Source: Nemertoderma westbladi
Lineage: Eukaryota; Animalia; Xenacoelomorpha
Length of the DNA: 64,000 bases
Reading direction: 5' to 3'
NCBI GenBank assembly: GCA_032718475.1
Contig: JAUCBJ010009120.1
Span: 1-64,000, forward strand
Shown: in pieces, positions 35,901-47,900 of the stretch
Layout: every line of letters starts with the position of its first letter
Numbering within the stretch: the first letter of the stretch is position 1
Program-made: the position numbers and the translations under genes
The notes under the pieces: model-generated
Database searches by the model: none
Seen by the model: the letters and a program-made list of their open reading frames with translations, nothing else
What the model was told of the DNA's origin: nothing

Positions 35901-38900
35901 TAGGGGCGGCCTTGTTAGGAGGTGTGAGTGAGTAGGGACGACGGCCTTGTTAGGAGGTGTGAGTGAGTAAGGACGGCCTTGTTAGGTGAGTGAGTAGGGA
36001 CGCCCTTGTTAGGTGAGTGAGTAGGGGCGGCCTTATTAGGTGAGTGAGTAGGGGGCGGCCTTGTTAGGTGAGTGAGTAGGGGCTGCCTTGTTAGGTGAGT
36101 GAGTAGGGGCTGCCTTGTTAGGAGGTGTGAGTGAGTAGGGACGGCCTTGTTAGGTGGTGTGAATGAGTAGGGACGGCCTTGTTAGGTGAGTGAGTAGGGG
36201 CTGCCTTGTTAGGTGAGTGAGTAGGGGCGGCCTTATTAGGTGAGTGAGTAGGGGGCGGCCTTGTTAGGTGAGTGAGTAGGGGCTGCCTTGTTAGGAGGTG
36301 TGAGTGAGTAGGGACGGCCTTGTTAGGTGGTGTGAATGAGTAGGGACGGCCTTGTTAGGTGAGTGAGTAGGGGCTGCCTTGTTAGGAGGTGTGAGTGAGT
36401 AGGGACGGCCTTGTTAGGAGGTGTGAATGAGTAGGGACGGCCTTGTTATGTGGTGTGAGTGAGTAGGGACGGCCTTGTTAGGTGAATGAGTAGGGACGGC
36501 CTTGTTAGGTGAGTGAGTCGGGGCGGCCTTGTTAGGTGAGTGAGTAGGGACGGCCTTGTTAGGTGAGTGAGTCGGGGCGGCTTTGTTAGGTGAGTGAGTC
36601 GGGGGCCTTTTTCTTATGGTAGTATGGTAGTATGAGTCATTATGGTAGTATAGTAATGCTCGAAAGCATTGGATGTACGGTAATATAATTTGAGCCAAAA
36701 TTCAACCAAATTCAACGCATTTCAATGAATATGTTTCGCCTTTGATCTTTTTGACCATTTTCGGCCATTTCGAAACATTTTGGCCATGCGCGATGTTTTA
36801 GTTATGCACGTTAAAAGCAAATTTCACTCAAATTTACTCTGCTGAGACATTAAAATGAGTAATTCAATTTTAATTCATAATTAAATTGTCAATTCAGTTT
36901 TATAGCATTACTCTTGTGTATTTCCCTGCTACTTTTAGGAATATTTTCATTTATGCTCGTCGAGAAAGTTATTGATTTCGTGAGTCTCTCGCGTGTTAAG
37001 TCGAGAGCCATAAAGCGGCAAAAAAAGGCGGAATTGGATTTATTGTCGATGGAAACGATGCGTTCTGTTATTGGTTAGTATTTATATGAGTCTTATTTAT
37101 TGGTATTGAGTTGCGTTGCATTGGGTGGGTGTAAAACGCGAATACGGATCCAGATACAGGATCCGGATACGGATCAGGACCCGGATTTGCGAGTGTTAAA
37201 AGCGGATCCGGATTTACATACATTCCGTAACTGAGTGTAATATGCGGTTTCTGAAATACGCAATCCGTATTGCAGTGTAAAACGCGGATTCATATATTTT
37301 GTGAATCCGGAATGGAGTGTAAAATACGGATTTACGTTAATTACCAAATTTTAATGGATCCGGAATGGAGTGTAAAACACGGATTTTCGTTAATTATCAA
37401 GTTTTGTTGGATCCGGGATGGAGTGTAAAACGCGGATTAAAGTTAATTACAAAGTGCTTCTGCATCCGGGAAGGGGTGTAAAACGCGGATTCAAGTTAAT
37501 TACAAAGTGATTCCGCATCCGGGAAGGGGTGTAAAACGCGGATTCAAGTTAATTACAAGGTGTTATTGGATCCGGGAAGGGGTGTAAAGCACGGATTGAA
37601 GTTAATTACAAAGTGCTTCTGCATCCGGGAAGGGGTGTAAAACGCGGATTCAAGTTAATTACAAGGTGTTACTGGATCCGGGAAGGGGTGTAAAGCGCGG
37701 ATTCTAGTTAATTACAAAGTTTTATTGGATCCGGGAAGGGGTGTAAAACGCGGATTCATGTTAATTTCCAAGTTTTATTGGATCCGGGAAGGGGTGTAAA
37801 ACTCGGATTCAAGTTAATTACAACGTGTTACTGGATCCGGGAACGGGTGTAAAACGCGGATTCAAGTTAATTACAAAGGGTTTCTGCATCCGGGAAGGGG
37901 TGTAAAACGCGGATTCAAGTTAATTACCAAGTTTTATTGGATCTGGGAAGGGGTGTAAAACGCGGATTCATGTTAATTACCAAGTGTTACTGGATCCGGG
38001 AAGGGGTGTAAAACGCGGATTCATGTTAATTACCAAGTGTTACTGGATCCGGGAAGGGGTGTAAAACGCGGATTCAAGTTAATTACCAAGTTTTATTGGA
38101 TCCGGGAAGGGGTGTAAAACGCGGATTCAAGTTAATTACCAAGTTTTATTGGATCCGGGAAGGGGTGTAAAACGCGGATTCAAGTTAATTACTAAGTTTT
38201 ATTGGATCCGGGAAGGGGTGTAAAACGCGGATTCAAGTTAATTACAAGGTGTTACTGGATCCGGGAAGGGGTGTAAAACGCGGATTCAAGTTAATTACCA
38301 AGTTTTATTGGATCCGGGTAGGGGTGTAAAACGCGGATTCAAGTTAATTACCAAGTTTTATTGGATCCGGGAAGGGGTGTAAAACGCGGATTCAAGTTAA
38401 TTACAAGGTGTTACTGGATCCGGGAAGGGGTGTAAAACGCGGATTCAAGTTAATTACAAAGTGTTTCTGCATCCGGGTAGGGGTGTAAAACGCGGATTCA
38501 AGTTAATTACCAAGTTTTATTGGATCCGGGAAGGGGTGTAAAACGCGGATTCAAGTTAATTAGCAAGTTTTATTCGATCCGGGAAGGGGTGTAAAACGGG
38601 GATTCAAGTTAATTACCAAGTTTTATTGGATCCGGGAAGAGGTGTAAAACGCGGATTCAAGTTAATTACAAAGTGTTTCGGGATCCGGGAAGGGGTGTAA
38701 AGCACGGATTCAAGTTAATTACCAAATTTTATTGGATCCGAGAAGGGGTGTAAAACGCGGATTCAAGTTAATTACAAAGTGTTTCTGGATCCGGGAAGCG
38801 GTGTAAAGCACGGATTCATGTTAATTACCAAGTTTTATTGGATCCGAGAAGGGGTGTAAAACGCGGATTCAAGTTAATTACCAAGTTTTATTGGATCCGA

Positions 38901-41900
38901 GAAGGGGTGTAAAACGCGGATTCAAATTAATTACCAAGTTTTATTGGATCCGGGAAGAGGTGTAAAACGCGGATTCAAGTTAATTACAAAGTGTTTCGGG
39001 ATCCGGGAAGGGGTGTAAAACGCGGATTCAAGTTAATTACCAAGTTTTATTGGATCCGAGAAGGGGTGTAAAACGCGGATTCAAGTTAATTACCAAGTTT
39101 TATTGGATCCGGGAAGAGGTGTAAAACGCGGATTCAAGTTAATTACAAAGTGTTTCGGGATCCGGGAAGGGGTGTAAAGCACTGATTCAAGTTAATTACT
39201 CGGGATCCGGGAAGGGGTGTAAAGCACGGATTCAAGTTAATTACCAAGTTTTATTGGATCCGATAAGGGGTGTAAAACGCGGATTCTGTCGGATTTCTGG
39301 TGTAAACCGTGATTCACGTTTAACTTGAATCCGCGTTTTACACTCCCTCCCGTATCCATTAATACTTTGTAATAAACTTGAATCCGTATTTTACACCCAA
39401 TCCCGAATTCACTAGAAATATGAATCCGCGTTTTACACTCAGTTCAAGATTTAGGCTAAAACATGAATCCGCGATTTACACTCCGTTCCGGATCTGAAAA
39501 AAGGCCAATCCGCGTTTTACACTCATTTACGGATTCGGTAAATTTAGCAGTGCTCGGATCCGCAGATTACACCCTAAAAATGTAAATTCAGTCGACTTTC
39601 ATAGAGACAATGTTAAATGATAGAATCCGGATCCTGATCTGAATCCGCGTTTTACTCTGACCCCGTTGCATTTTGTGTAAGTCCTCTCTGCCTAATTTTA
39701 TAGCTTATTTTATTATTATTTCAACTGTCGGTTTTTACCGTTTAACGATTCAAATACGATTATACGGAAACTGAAACAAAGTTATTATTTGATGGGTTGT
39801 TTTTATATGTAGGTAACAAGTTGGTGAGTCATCAGAACTACGACAATGACTGTATATACAGTAAAGTTCCGTCTACTGGGTTTCTAATGCGGGAACTATC
39901 CAGCAATGCGACAGAAGTTGACTCAATTGTTACTGACACAGACAGTCTTTACAGCAAAAGGTGAGATAACTTTATCTACTCCCGTTTGCAGCGGGTAAGG
40001 ATCTATTACTACCGTTGTAATGATCTGTCATTTGATATTCGTTATCAACTATCTTACCATTTCTATATCACTAGCAACTCAATTATTACGGGACACATCT
40101 CGAAACCAAATGTTCCACTCTTGCCGCAATCTGGACACGGCCATTCCTCATCCCATGGCCACAGTCACGGTACCGGTCACAGTCACGGCGGTGCTGGAGG
40201 CGACATGAAGAAGCAGTCCTTCTCCAGCGTCGCTTGGATGGTGATTCTGGGCGACGGATTCCACAACTTTATAGATGGAATGGTAATCGGGGCCGCCTTC
40301 GCAGGGGGTCTATCCGACGGAGTATCTACATCCGTCGCCGTATTCTGTCACGAGCTTCCTCACGAGTTAGGTGAGTCATTGAGCTTCCTCACGAGTTAGG
40401 TGAGTCATTGAGCTTCCTCACGAGTTAGGTGAGTCAATGAGCTTCCTCACGAGTTAGGTGAGTCATTGAGCTTCCTCACGAGTTAGGTGAGTCATTGAGC
40501 TTCCTCACGAATTAGGTGAGTCATTGAGCTTCCTCACGAGTTAGGTAAGTCAATGAGCTTCATCATGAGTTAGGTGAGTCAATGAGCTTCCTCACGAGTT
40601 AGGTGAGTCATTGAGCTTCCTCACGAGTTAGGTAAGTCAATGAGCTTCATCATGAGTTAGGTGAGTCAATGAGCTTCCTCACGAGTTAGGTGAGTCCATG
40701 AGCTTCCTTACGAGTTAGGTAAGTCAATGAGCTTCATCTTGAGTTAGTGAGTCAATGAGCTTCCTCACGAGTTAGGTGAGTCAATGAGCTTCGTCACGAG
40801 TTAGGTGAGTCATTGAGCTTCCTCACGAGTTAGGTAAGTCAATGAGCTTCATCATGAGTTAGGTGAGTCAATGAGCTTCCTCACGAGTTAGGTGAGTCAT
40901 TGAGCTTCCTCACGAGTTAGGTAAGTCAATGAGCTTCATCATGAGTTAGGTGAGTCAATGAGCTTCCTCACGAGTTAGGTGAGTCCATGAGCTTCCTTAC
41001 GAGTTAGGTAAGTCAATGAGCTTCATCTTGAGTTAGTGAGTCAATGAGCTTCCTCACGAGTTAGGTGAGTCAATGAGCTTCGTCACGAGTTAGGTGAGTC
41101 AATGAGCTTCCTCACGAGTTAGGTGATTCATTGAGCTTCCTCACGAGTTAGGTAAGTCAATGAGCTTCATCATGAGTTAGGTGAGTCAATGAGCTTCCTC
41201 ACGAGTTAGGTGAGTCATTGAGCTTCCTCACGAGTTAGGTGAGTCATTGAGCTTCCTCACGAGTTAGGTGAGTCATTGAGCTTCCTCACGAGTTAGGTGA
41301 GTCATTGAGCTTCCTCACGAGTTAGGTGAGTCATTGAGCTTCCTTACGAGTTAGGTGAGTCATTGAGCTTCCTCACGAGTTAGGTAAGTCAATGAGCTTC
41401 ATCATGAGTTAGGTGAGTCAATGAGCTTCCTCACGAGTTAGGTGAGTCCATGAGCTTCCTTACGAGTTAGGTAAGTCAATGAGCTTCATCTTGAGTTAGT
41501 GAGTCAATGAGCTTCCTCACGAGTTAGGTGACTCAATGAGCTTCGTCACGAGTTAGGTGAGTCAATGAGCTTCCTCACGAGTTAGGTGAGTCAATGAACT
41601 TCCTCACGAGTTAGGTGAGTCCATAAGCTTCCTCACGAGTTAGGTAAGTCAATGAGCTTCATCATGAGTTGGGTGAGTCAGTGAGCTTCCTCGTTAGTTA
41701 GGTGAGTCATTGAGCTTCCATACGAGTTGGGTGAGTCAGTGAGCTTCCTCGTTAGTTAGGTGAGTCATTGAGCTTCCTCACGAGTTGGGTGAGTCAGTGA
41801 GCTTCCTCGTTAGTTAGGTGAGTCATTGAGCTTCCATACGAGTTGGGTGAGTCAGTGAGCTTCCTCGTGAGTTAGGTGAGTCATTGAGCTTCCTTATGAG

Positions 41901-44900
41901 TTAGGTAAGTCAATGAGTTTCATCATGAGTTAGTTGAGTCAATGAGCTTCCTCACGAGTTAGGTGAGCCAATGAGCTTCCTCACGAGTTAGGTAAGTCAA
42001 TGAGCTTCATCATGAGTTAGGTGAGTCAATGAGCTTCCTCACGAGTTAGGTGAGTCATTGAGCTTCCTCACGAGTTAGGTAAGTCAATGAGTTTCATCAT
42101 GAGTTAGGTGAGTCAATGAGCTTCCTCACGAGTTAGGTGAGTCCATGAGCTTCCTTACGAGTTAGGTAAGTCAATGAGCTTCATCTTGAGTTAGTGAGTC
42201 AATGAGCTTCCTCACGAGTTAGGTGAGTCAATGAGCTTCGTCACGAGTTTGGTGAGTCAATGAGCTTCCTCACGAGTTAGGTGAGTCAATGAACTTCCTC
42301 ACGAGTTAGGTGAGTCCATAAGCTTCCTCACGAGTTAGGTAAGTCAATGAGCTTCATCATGAGTTGGGTGAGTCAGTGAGCTTCCTCGTTAGTTAGGTGA
42401 GTCATTGAGCTTCCTCACCAGTTAGGTAAGTCAATGAGCTTCATCATGAGTTAGGTGAGTCAATGAGCTTCCTCACGAGTTAGGTGAGTCAATGAGCTTC
42501 CTCACGAGTTAGGTGAGTCATTGAGCTTCCTCACGAGTTAGGTGAGTCATTGAGCTTCCTCACGAGTTAGGTAAGTCAATGAGCTTCCTCACTAGTTAGG
42601 TGTGTCCATGAGCTTCCTTACGAGTTAGGTAAGTCAATGAGCTTCATCTTGAGTTAGTGAGTCAATGAGATTCCTCACGAGTTAGGTAAGTCAATGAGCT
42701 TCCTCACGAGTTAGGTGAGTCAATGAGCTTCCTCACGAGTTAGGTGAGTCCATGAGCTTCCTTACGAGTTAGGTAAGTCAATGAGCTTCATCATGAGTTA
42801 GGTGAGTCAATGAGCTTCCTCACGAGTTAGGTGAGTCCATGAGCTTCCTTACGAGTTAGGTAAGTCAATGAGCTTCATCTTGAGTTAGTGAGTCAATGAG
42901 CTTCCTCACGAGTTAGGTGAGTCAATGAGCTTCGTCACGAGTTAGGTGAGTCAATGAGCTTCCTCACGAGTTAGGTGAGTCAATAAACTTCCTCACGAGT
43001 TAGGTGAGTCCATAAGCTTCCTCACGAGTTAGGTAAGTCAATGAGCTTCATCATGAGTTGGGTGAGTCAGTGAGCTTCCTCGTTAGTTAGGTGAGTCATT
43101 GAGCTTCCATACGAGTTGGGTGAGTCAGTGAGCTTCCTCGTTAGTTAGGTGAGTCATTGAGCTTCCTCACGAGTTGGGTGAGTCAGTGAGCTTCCTCGTT
43201 AGTTAGGTGAGTCATTGAGCTTCCATACGAGTTGGGTGAGTCAGTGAGCTTCCTCGTGAGTTAGGTGAGTCATTGAGCTTCCTTATGAGTTAGGTAAGTC
43301 AATGAGTTTCATCATGAGTTAGTTGAGTCAATGAGCTTCCTCACGAGTTAGGTGAGCCAATGAGCTTCCTCACGAGTTAGGTAAGTCAATGAGCTTCATC
43401 ATGAGTTAGGTGAGTCAATGAGCTTCCTCACGAGTTAGGTGAGTCATTGAGCTTCCTCACGAGTTAGGTAAGTCAATGAGTTTCATCATGAGTTAGGTGA
43501 GTCAATGAGCTTCCTCACGAGTTAGGTGAGTCCATGAGCTTCCTTACGAGTTAGGTAAGTCAATGAGCTTCATCTTGAGTTAGTGAGTCAATGAGCTTCC
43601 TCACGAGTTAGGTGAGTCAATGAGCTTCGTCACGAGTTTGGTGAGTCAATGAGCTTCCTCACGAGTTAGGTGAGTCAATGAACTTCCTCACGAGTTAGGT
43701 GAGTCCATAAGCTTCCTCACGAGTTAGGTAAGTCAATGAGCTTCATCATGAGTTGGGTGAGTCAGTGAGCTTCCTCGTTAGTTAGGTGAGTCATTGAGCT
43801 TCCTCACCAGTTAGGTAAGTCAATGAGCTTCATCATGAGTTAGGTGAGTCAATGAGCTTCCTCACGAGTTAGGTGAGTCAATGAGCTTCCTCACGAGTTA
43901 GGTGAGTCATTGAGCTTCCTCACGAGTTAGGTGAGTCATTGAGCTTCCTCACGAGTTAGGTAAGTCAATGAGCTTCCTCACTAGTTAGGTGTGTCCATGA
44001 GCTTCCTTACGAGTTAGGTAAGTCAATGAGCTTCATCTTGAGTTAGTGAGTCAATGAGATTCCTCACGAGTTAGGTAAGTCAATGAGCTTCCTCACGAGT
44101 TAGGTGAGTCAATGAGCTTCCTCACGAGTTAGGTGAGTCCATGAGCTTCCTTACGAGTTAGGTAAGTCAATGAGCTTCATCATGAGTTAGGTGAGTCAAT
44201 GAGCTTCCTCACGAGTTAGGTGAGTCCATGAGCTTCCTTACGAGTTAGGTAAGTCAATGAGCTTCATCTTGAGTTAGTGAGTCAATGAGCTTCCTCACGA
44301 GTTAGGTGAGTCAATGAGCTTCGTCACGAGTTAGGTGAGTCAATGAGCTTCCTCACGAGTTAGGTGAGTCAATAAACTTCCTCACGAGTTAGGTGAGTCC
44401 ATAAGCTTCCTCACGAGTTAGGTAAGTCAATGAGCTTCATCATGAGTTGGGTGAGTCAGTGAGCTTCCTCGTTAGTTAGGTGAGTCATTGAGCTTCCATA
44501 CGAGTTGGGTGAGTCAGTGAGCTTCCTCGTTAGTTAGGTGAGTCATTGAGCTTCCTCACGAGTTGGGTGAGTCAGTGAGCTTCCTCGTTAGTTAGGTGAG
44601 TCATTGAGCTTCCATACGAGTTGGGTGAGTCAGTGAGCTTCCTCGTGAGTTAGGTGAGTCATTGAGCTTCCTTATGAGTTAGGTAAGTCAATGAGTTTCA
44701 TCATGAGTTAGTTGAGTCAATGAGCTTCCTCACGAGTTAGGTGAGCCAATGAGCTTCCTCACGAGTTAGGTAAGTCAATGAGCTTCATCATGAGTTAGGT
44801 GAGTCAATGAGCTTCCTCACGAGTTAGGTGAGTCCATGAGCTTCCTTACGAGATAGGTAAGTCAATGAGCTTCATCATGAGTTAGGTGAGTCAATGAGCT

Positions 44901-47900
44901 TCCTCACTAGTTAGGTGTGTCCATGAGCTTCCTTACGAGTTAGGTAAGTCAATGAGCTCCATCTTGAGTTAGTGAGTCAATGAGATTCCTCACGAGTTAG
45001 GTAAGTCAATGAGCTTCATCATGAGTTAGGTGAGTCAATGAGCTTCCTCACGAGTTAGGTGAGTCCATGAGCTTCCTTACGAGTTAGGTAAGTCAATGAG
45101 CTTCATCATGAGTTAGGTGAGTCAATGAGCTTCCTCACGAGTTAGGTGAGTCCATGAGCTTCCTTACGAGTTAGGTAAGTCAATGAGCTTCATCTTGAGT
45201 TAGTGAGTCCATGAGCTTCCTTACGAGTTAGGTAAGTCAATGAGTTTCATCATGAGTTAGTTGAGTCAATGAGCTTCCTCACGAGTTAGGTGAGCCAATG
45301 AGCTTCCTCACGAGTTAGGTAAGTCAATGAGCTTCATCATGAGTTAGGTGAGTCAATGAGCTTCCTCACGAGTTAGGTGAGTCCATGAGCTTCCTTACGA
45401 GTTAGGTAAGTCAATGAGCTTCTTCATGAGTTAGGTGAGTCAATGAGCTTCCTCACGAGTTAGGTAAGTCAATGAGCTTCATCTTGAGTTAGGTGAGTCC
45501 ATGAGCTTCCTTACGAGTTAGGTAAGTCAATGAGCTTCATCTTGAGTTAGTGAGTCAATGAGCTTCCTCACGAGTTAGGTGAGTCAATGAGCTTCGTCAC
45601 GAGTTAGGTGAGTCAATGAGCTTCCTCACGAGTTAGGTGAACCAATGAGCTTCCTCACGAGTTAGGTAAGTCAATGAGCTTCATCATGAGTTAGGTGAGT
45701 CAATGAGCTTCCCCACGAGTTAGGTGAGCCAATGAGCTTCCGCACGAGTTATGTGAGTCAATGGGCTTCATCATGAGTTAGGTGAGTCAATGAGCTTCCT
45801 CACGAGTTAGGTGAGTCAATGAGCTTCCTCACGATTTAGGTGAGTCCATGAGCATCTTTACGATGTAGGTGAGTCAATGACCTTCCTCACGTGTTAGGTG
45901 AGTCAATGAGCTTCCTCGCGAGTTAGTTGAATCCATGAGCTTCCTCATGAGTTAGGTGAGTCCATGAGCTTCCTCACGAGTTAGGTGAGTCCATGAGTTT
46001 CCTCACAGGTTAGGTGAGTCCATGAGCTTCCTCACGAGTTAGGTGTGTTCGTGAGCTTCCTCACTAGTTAGGTGAGTCAATGAGCTTCCTCACGAGTTAG
46101 GTGAGTTATTGAGTTTCCTCGTGAGTTAGGTGAGTCATTGAGCTTCCTCGTGAGTTAGGTGAGTCCATGAGCTTCCTCGCGAGTTAGTTGAGTCAATGAG
46201 CTTCCTCACGAGTTAGGTGAGTCTATGAGCTTCCTCACAAGTTAGGTGAGTTATTGAGTTTCCTCGTGAGTTAGGTGAGTCCATGAGCTTCCTCGCGAGT
46301 TAGGTGAGTCAATAAGCTTCCTCACGAGTTAGGTGAGTCCATGAGCTTCCTCACGAGTTAGGTGAGTTATTGAGTTTCCTCGTGAGTTAGGTGAGTCATT
46401 GAGCTTCCTCGTGAGTTAGGTGAGACATTGAGCTTCCTCACGAGTTAGGTGAGTCCATGAGCTTCCTCGCGAGTTAGGTAAGTCCATGAGCTTCCTCACG
46501 AGTTAGGTGAGTCAATGAGCTTCCTCACGAGTTAGGTGATTTCATGAGCTTCCTCACGAGTTAGGTGAGTCCATGAGGTTCCTCACGAGTTAGGTGAGTC
46601 AATGAGCTTCATCATGAATTAGGTGAGTCATTGAGCTTCCTCGTGAGTTAGGTGAGTCCACGAGCTTCCTCACGAGTTGGGTGAGTCAGTGAGCTTCATC
46701 ATGAGTTAGGTGAGACCATGAGCTTCCTCACGAGTTGGGTGAGTCAATGAGCTTCATCATGAGTTAGGTGAGTCATTGAGCTTCCTCGTGAGTTAGGTGA
46801 GTCCACGAGCTTCCTCACGAGTTGGGTGAGTCAATGAGCTTCATCATGAGTTAGGTGAGACCATGAGCTTCCTCACGAGTTGGGTGAGTCCATGAGCGTC
46901 TTCACGAGTTAGGTGAGTCCATGGGCTTCCTCACGAGTTAGGTGAGTTATTGAGTTTCCTCGTGAGTTAGGTGAGTCATTGAGCTTCCTCGTGAGTTAGG
47001 TGAGTCCATGAGCTTCATCATGAGTTAGGTGAGTCCATGAGCTTCCTCACGAGTTAGGTGAGTCAGTGAGCTTCCTCACGAGTTAGGTGAGTCAATGAGC
47101 TTCCTCACGAGTTAGGTGAGTCAATGAGCTTCCTCACGAGTTAGGTGAGTCCATGAGCTTCCTCACGAGTTAGGTGAGTCCATGAGGTTCCTCACGAGTT
47201 AGCTGAGTCCATAAGCTTCCTCACGAGTTAGGTGAGTCCACGAGCTTCCTCACGTGTTAGGTGAGTCCATGAGTTTCCTCACGAGTTAGGTGAGTCCATG
47301 AGTTTCCTCACAAGTTAGGTGAGTCAATGAGCTTCCTCACGAGTTAGGTGAGTCCATGAGCTTCCTCACGAGTTAGGTGTGTCCACGAGCTTCCTCACGA
47401 GTTAGGTGAGTCCATGAGCTTCCCCACGAGTTAGGTGAGTCCATGAGTTCCCTCACAAGTTAGGTGAGTCAATGAGCTTCCTCACGAGTTAGGTGAGTCC
47501 ATGAGCTTCCTCACGAGTTAGGTGAGTCCATGAGGTTCCTCACGAGTTAGCTGAGTCCATAAGCTTCCTCACGAGTTAGGTGAGTCCACGAGCTTCCTCA
47601 CGAGTTAGGTGAGTCAATGAGCTTCATCATGAGTTAGGTGAGACCATGAGCTTCCTTACGAGTTGGGTGAGTCCATGAGCGTCTTCACGAGTTAGGTGAG
47701 TCCATGAGCTTCCTCACGAGTTAGGTGAGTTATTGAGTTTCCTCGTGAGTTAGGTGAGTCATTGAGTTTCCTCACGAGTTAGGTGAGTCATTGAGCTTCC
47801 TCGTGAGTTAGGTGAGTCCATGAGCTTCCTCACGAGTTAGGTGAGTCCATGAGGTTCCTCACGAGTTAGCTGAGTCCATAAGCTTCCTCACGAGTTAGGT

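Noticed and set aside
36414-36698. 94-aa minus-strand ORF with PTHSPNKA repeats
   Set aside because: Antisense reading of the 27-bp satellite with a non-ATG start.
36980-39829. Alternative GTGAGT donors inside exon G (36980) and exon H (39824)
   Set aside because: Both are phase 0 and incompatible with the following phase 1 and phase 2 acceptors.
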